64,000 bases of DNA from a virus: positions 39,398 through 103,397 of IMG/VR virus record IMGVR_UViG_3300047160_006395. One strand, given 5' to 3'. How positions within the stretch are numbered: position 1 is the first letter of the stretch; the number at the start of each line of letters is the position of its first letter. A program made the position numbers and the translations under genes. Shown one piece after another: positions 61,501-64,000 of the stretch. The notes beneath the pieces were generated by a model, which saw only the letters and a list, made by a program, of their open reading frames with translations, did no database searches and was not told where the DNA came from.

Positions 61501-64000
61501 GCTTGACCTGCGTGAGGCCGCTAGGCTCACTGAGTGAAGGCGGCACGTACGGATCATCGGTTAGCCGGCCTGCTGTGAAGAAAGTGCGCGTGCCACGATA
61601 GGTCTTGGACCGCTCGGCCTGTTGTGGCGTCCTGTACGGCGGCTTCCATTCGTGGAGCACTGGCGGCACGGGCAGCAACACAGGGTCAGCCACAGTCCGG
61701 CCTGACTCTTCAAAGAACTCACGCGCTCCTGCGGCAGCTGGATCTTCACCAGGATCGATACCGCCGCCAAAGACGCCATGGGTCCGATCTTTATCATAGA
61801 TCCCGCCATAGACCTTGCCACCGCTCATGGCGTACATCTCGGCCCGGTCACGATAGGGCTTTTCATCCGCGGTCTTCAGCCCGGCAGGTTGCACCAGGCC
61901 GATAAGCTCGCCCAGCCGTATAACCGACCCTGATAGATCATCCCATCCCAGCACTCCCCGACTTCGGGGTAATAAGTTCTCATGTACTGTGGGATGCGCC
62001 ATGCCACTCTTGGTTGCGGGTTCGCCGTTGTGGCCTGGATGATACAGGTTGCTCTGGTCGCTACTTGCAACGTGTCGATCGTCATGGCTGGCTACCTTGG
62101 TGGAGATGTTCCATTGCGGCCTTTGAATGACTTCGGCGATACTGCCTCTGAGTCCGAAAAGCCGCGAGATAGTCTGGTAATGATCGTGTCGAACGGCACC
62201 TTGTTTCGTTCTGCCCAAACCGAAACTGGCAGTGCCAGCCCATCGACGGTTAATATCCGGTTGTTCCGTCTGTTCCTTGCTTGTGCGGACCTGGTTGCCC
62301 AGTAGCAGTTGTCCTTGCAATATGGGCCTTTGTTGTCCCGCCGTTCGATAGTCAGACTTGCTGGTGGTAGCCCCATGTCCCTGAAGAAGACTGTGAAGTC
62401 CCGCCACTCCGGACAAACCGTTATGCCTCGACCACCCCACTTTGGATAGTCCTTGTGGCCTTTGTCTGTGCACCGCTGGATCATGCTGTGCCATACCGCA
62501 TAAACCGGCGTCTTCGACATGCCGTGTGTCTGGAGCTGTGCTCGCTTCTGCTCGCTTCGCAGACAACCGCACGACTGAGTTCTGCCCTTCGTCTTTGCAG
62601 TTAGTCGCGAACTTCTGATGTCCTTCACTTTTCCGCAGACACAGCGGCAGGTCCACCAGCTGTTCCGGTTCGGCGGTCTGTTCGGCGCGCGAACGATCAC
62701 TTCCAACCTTCCGAAATGGTCCCCCGGGCTTATTTGGGTAGTCTTCATGGAGCCCTATGAATGAAGGCACACGCAGCGCGCCGCTGGGAAGCTGCTGTTG
62801 TGTTTTGACTCTTGCGACCCGCCCGATATAGGCCGATGGATCACGGGCAATATCCTCGAGAGTCGCATCAGAGAAGCCAGTTCCGATCTTGCCAACCGTT
62901 GGCCCACCTGCCGTGCGCGCGTATGTGAGGCCACCGACAGTACCACGCCTTTTCCCTTCACCTGGGAATGTACCCGTGATAAAAGCATCAACATCTTCCA
63001 TGAGCTTGGCCTTCGATGGTACTCCATGTCGAGGCCAAAAAACAGCTCCCTCCTGAGTTAGTGGGTGCGCGCCCCCACGAACCATGTTCCAGAGCTTGGT
63101 TGCAGCTTCAGAGCCATGATGCTCCTCGGAAAGGTGGAACTTATCCTGGGGCAGGTGAGCCAGGATCTCCTCGAGCATCCGCCGCCGCTCGGCCCGCGGC
63201 GTGACGGACGGATCGATCGGCTTCTTACCATACTGCTGGACGTCGTAGAGCATGTTGCGCAGGGTCAATCCACGCTCTTTCTGGAGCTGGAGGCTGCGCG
63301 CAATGCTGGAGTTGAGTAGAGTCCCAACGTCCTGGGGTCCAAGTCTAGCTCTGCCCGCAGCACCGCCAGATGCAGCATCAGCATCGCTTGTTTGCGGCTC
63401 AGCTTCGGCTCTTCCTCCAGGGCCAGCTGCCATACCCGCAGCACTGCCATTTGTTCCGCGACCCGTCCTTGCAGCATACATCTCACCTTTCAGGATTGAT
63501 CCCTCAAGGTGCTTGGGCACTGGTATCTCAGGCCGGCCACCGAAGAAGCGCTCAGTGTGGAAGATCGGCCGGCCCGTCATCTTTGACGTCCTGAAACTTA
63601 ACATCTCGGCATGGTTCTTGGCCAGCTGCACCAGCTGGCTGGCACCATCGACCTTGGCCTCGACGGTATCACCTTCCTGCATCTTCTGGAGATGGGGCTC
63701 GATAGCTTCGGGAGGGATCTTCTTGTAGTGGACCTTCCCGTAAGGCACTGGATCCCGTGGCGTGGTATTCATCAAGAGCCAGTTCTTGTTGCCCCAGCCC
63801 TTGGGCCTGGCCAGTACGAAGCGCTCTGGGTGTCTCTGGTGAGCTGTCGTGAAATGGACCGATTCCGGCGTGGCTTTGGTAATCAGGACCTGGCCTTCTT
63901 CATGCTTCTTCACCCGGCCGGCGCCATAACCGGATGGGATCACGCCCTCGAAGTCCTTGTACCCGTGGCGATGCACAGGCTGCTGCACAGCCAGGTGCTT
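58568..64000 (-). CDS. polyprotein (5'-truncated): LigD-type 3'-phosphoesterase, ATP-dependent DNA ligase, NUDIX hydrolase, Zn finger, SNF2-family helicase
   Basis: KHLAVQQPVH...FEG.IP.GYGAG (PE); EAKVDG, GEMY, YDV, EGAV, GTGFSD (ligase); GGIDPGED...AREFFEESG (NUDIX); GLGSGKT, LDEAQ, LSGTP, QARGR (SNF2); frame is open past the window edge. Confidence 0.85.
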   Translation of the reverse strand, partial: KHLAVQQPVHRHGYKDFEGVIPSGYGAGRVKKHEEGQVLITKATPESVHFTTAHQRHPERFVLARPKGWGNKNWLLMNTTPRDPVPYGKVHYKKIPPEAIEPHLQKMQEGDTVEAKVDGASQLVQLAKNHAEMLSFRTSKMTGRPIFHTERFFGGRPEIPVPKHLEGSILKGEMYAARTGRGTNGSAAGMAAGPGGRAEAEPQTSDADAASGGAAGRARLGPQDVGTLLNSSIARSLQLQKERGLTLRNMLYDVQQYGKKPIDPSVTPRAERRRMLEEILAHLPQDKFHLSEEHHGSEAATKLWNMVRGGAHPLTQEGAVFWPRHGVPSKAKLMEDVDAFITGTFPGEGKRRGTVGGLTYARTAGGPTVGKIGTGFSDATLEDIARDPSAYIGRVARVKTQQQLPSGALRVPSFIGLHEDYPNKPGGPFRKVGSDRSRAEQTAEPEQLVDLPLCLRKSEGHQKFATNCKDEGQNSVVRLSAKRAEASTAPDTRHVEDAGLCGMAQHDPAVHRQRPQGLSKVGWSRHNGLSGVAGLHSLLQGHGATTSKSDYRTAGQQRPILQGQLLLGNQVRTSKEQTEQPDINRRWAGTASFGLGRTKQGAVRHDHYQTISRLFGLRGSIAEVIQRPQWNISTKVASHDDRHVASSDQSNLYHPGHNGEPATKSGMAHPTVHENLLPRSRGVLGWDDLSGSVIRLGELIGLVQPAGLKTADEKPYRDRAEMYAMSGGKVYGGIYDKDRTHGVFGGGIDPGEDPAAAGAREFFEESGRTVADPVLLPVPPVLHEWKPPYRTPQQAERSKTYRGTRTFFTAGRLTDDPYVPPSLSEPSGLTQVKLRHLDTAIRRIRQYKPEDESKPFYTGRIAALKALKTHPIAKLASLAGFGNEASAVDGIPERSPNVGESTDDLIAEDKQRKPAPPAWVSKLPTTGPQDGAGMIPTTGAAEGLNKLARSMRIESCPPGECCPKCGARLEQDPRTGKCNRCGHVWSEKAAAPHPILADLKRAKAESDRKNYSAKHAILAKLLSERPNEFIQDSAEDGIVGLTHIGTNFRIHAPRKVVGSRLTKAASFTSPDLSYNERNNEVHTRGANGQDTRAERFTDVSQLGHHAATVREPEKPEVRGLWRSGDQGLPALAEVRELLGRYGRMPTRTDDRAEGQRQGLLPGQLHLGVAGATSQEPALLPQDHVQRKDAAARRVGGRDGHCQHDVAGSAQCGLVGQTGAHRAARDGEQGGQVPGTRWAAAEHQAMGKTAGRVADHDQSEDQERDGDSGCIVMSVRQSGQALQPQKQYHSDASGRDSFAQGLGRKAASCLSHSIHATSTWLADRTDLRSKLAQLNVEMQPYQRRVAGRVAHGDGLLVYHGLGSGKTRSAIEAAKAIGGPYAAITPASLRENFRKEVGRWDPGSAPDILSYTGVGMGKQPQHIPNTIILDEAQRIRNPESAGARAAMNLAMTAPHRVLLSGTPIVNQPSDLAVPLSILTGKEMTPAAFNQKFVGSTTVSPGWMGWLQGVKSVKVPSLQNEDDLERLLEGHVDYQASRSPEGVKTNDERVEVNLSPEQQDFYKLMWGKMPWLMRWKLSNDYPLTKQELGHLSAFMTGPRQAALSLYPYHSSKDPMRAFQTSAKLQSAMGNLKQTLASNPQAKALVYSNFIDAGLTPYAAALEHEGIPYGQFHGEMPDEQRKQMLDEYNAGKRRVLLIGPAGAEGISAKGTQLIQLLDPHWNEARLGQARGRGLRYDSHEGLPPELRNVRIQRYVAKMPPPGWLSSMFGAKPRPSADEVLERQSQRKEELNEQFREVLRRVGSPGYKRPWHLFG
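59956..60741 (-). CDS. nested +1-frame HNH-family endonuclease (YGGRGI type) with repeated C-terminal DNA-binding modules
   Basis: THGQS...W..MLQRC.NP....Y.DYGGRGIKVC..W..FENFLADMG..P...TIERKDND.GY.PGNC.WA; ATG 60741 with GAGG RBS. Confidence 0.85.
   Translation of the reverse strand: MARTHGQSGSRTYRSWGTMLQRCENPKNQKYGDYGGRGIKVCRRWLKFENFLADMGECPPGLTIERKDNDKGYFPGNCIWASRAQQAKNRRYCRRITFNGKTQLLDAWAEETGIASMTLRGRLNAGWSVKQALTVPPGTENKAAKFLEHDGLRLNIRQWARRLGVSPTMIKARIKKGMAIADVLSCPSGSLDRRYSRKNNIILTHQGETLSLKDWAEKLQVAYLTLYMRHQRGWPIEQILGVSSRNSTSRCSPTNAELPDE
60776..60803 (-). promoter_or_regulatory. putative internal sigma70-like promoter of the nested HNH gene
   Basis: perfect TATAAT at 60776-60781; TTCACT/TTTCAC 15-16 nt upstream; located inside the polyprotein coding frame. 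Confidence 0.5.
61876..62085 (-). CDS. nested +1-frame small ORF (69 aa)
   Basis: starts 6 nt after the HNH stop with an AAGGT RBS; its stop overlaps the Lys codon of the KTA site before NUDIX. Confidence 0.5.
   Translation of the reverse strand: MTIDTLQVATRATCIIQATTANPQPRVAWRIPQYMRTYYPEVGECWDGMIYQGRLYGWASLSAWCNLPG
62092..62748 (-). CDS. nested +1-frame HNH-family endonuclease
   Basis: G.HFGRLEVI...W.CRC.CG...SCGC...THGMS...W.SM.QRC....WGGRGITVC.EW..F..F..DMG...TIERRDN..Y.KDNC.WAT. Confidence 0.88.
   Translation of the reverse strand: MKTTQISPGDHFGRLEVIVRAPNRPPNRNSWWTCRCVCGKVKDIRSSRLTAKTKGRTQSCGCLRSEQKRAQLQTHGMSKTPVYAVWHSMIQRCTDKGHKDYPKWGGRGITVCPEWRDFTVFFRDMGLPPASLTIERRDNKGPYCKDNCYWATRSAQARNRRNNRILTVDGLALPVSVWAERNKVPFDTIITRLSRGFSDSEAVSPKSFKGRNGTSPPR
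63265..63477 (-). CDS. nested +1-frame small Leu-rich ORF (70 aa) inside the ligase
   Basis: AAAGGTGA RBS 5 nt before ATG 63477; coincides with a ~40-aa low-complexity insertion in the ligase frame. Confidence 0.45.
   Translation of the reverse strand: MLQGRVAEQMAVLRVWQLALEEEPKLSRKQAMLMLHLAVLRAELDLDPRTLGLYSTPALRAASSSRKSVD

Noticed and set aside
59956-62748. HNH inserts as group I introns or inteins
   Set aside because: The ORFs fill essentially the whole inserts, leaving no room for a ribozyme core; there are no intein terminal motifs; the nucleases are in a different frame from the host.

Overview
This is a segment of a large, GC-rich contractile-tailed (myovirus-like, probably jumbo) phage genome; a Planctomycete-like host is a weak inference. 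Almost every gene is on the minus strand. Reading from right to left, the window holds: (1) a polyprotein of more than 1800 aa, truncated at the window edge, containing a LigD-type phosphoesterase, an ATP-dependent DNA ligase, a NUDIX domain, a Zn-finger and an SNF2 helicase; (2) a probable lysis cluster with an intein-containing papain-like peptidase; (3) a multisubunit RNA polymerase encoded as a beta+beta'N fusion (with an intein) plus a separate beta'C gene; (4) an accessory island of promoter-gene-terminator cassettes, phased 10-bp repeats and a probable structured ncRNA; (5) head genes (protease, scaffold, decoration, major capsid) and a free-standing HNH gene; (6) a glycosyltransferase-methyltransferase; (7) two giant HxTD-repeat fibre proteins; (8) neck, sheath and tube genes. 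The most striking observation is that four ORFs, two of them HNH-family endonucleases, are overprinted in the +1 frame inside the polyprotein without breaking its reading frame. The resulting junk peptides are bounded by the same K-x-A motifs that recur in the head and internal proteins and are probably prohead-protease sites. This suggests selfish genes whose footprint is removed by proteolysis instead of by intron or intein splicing. All functional calls come from motif recognition by eye; no searches were run.
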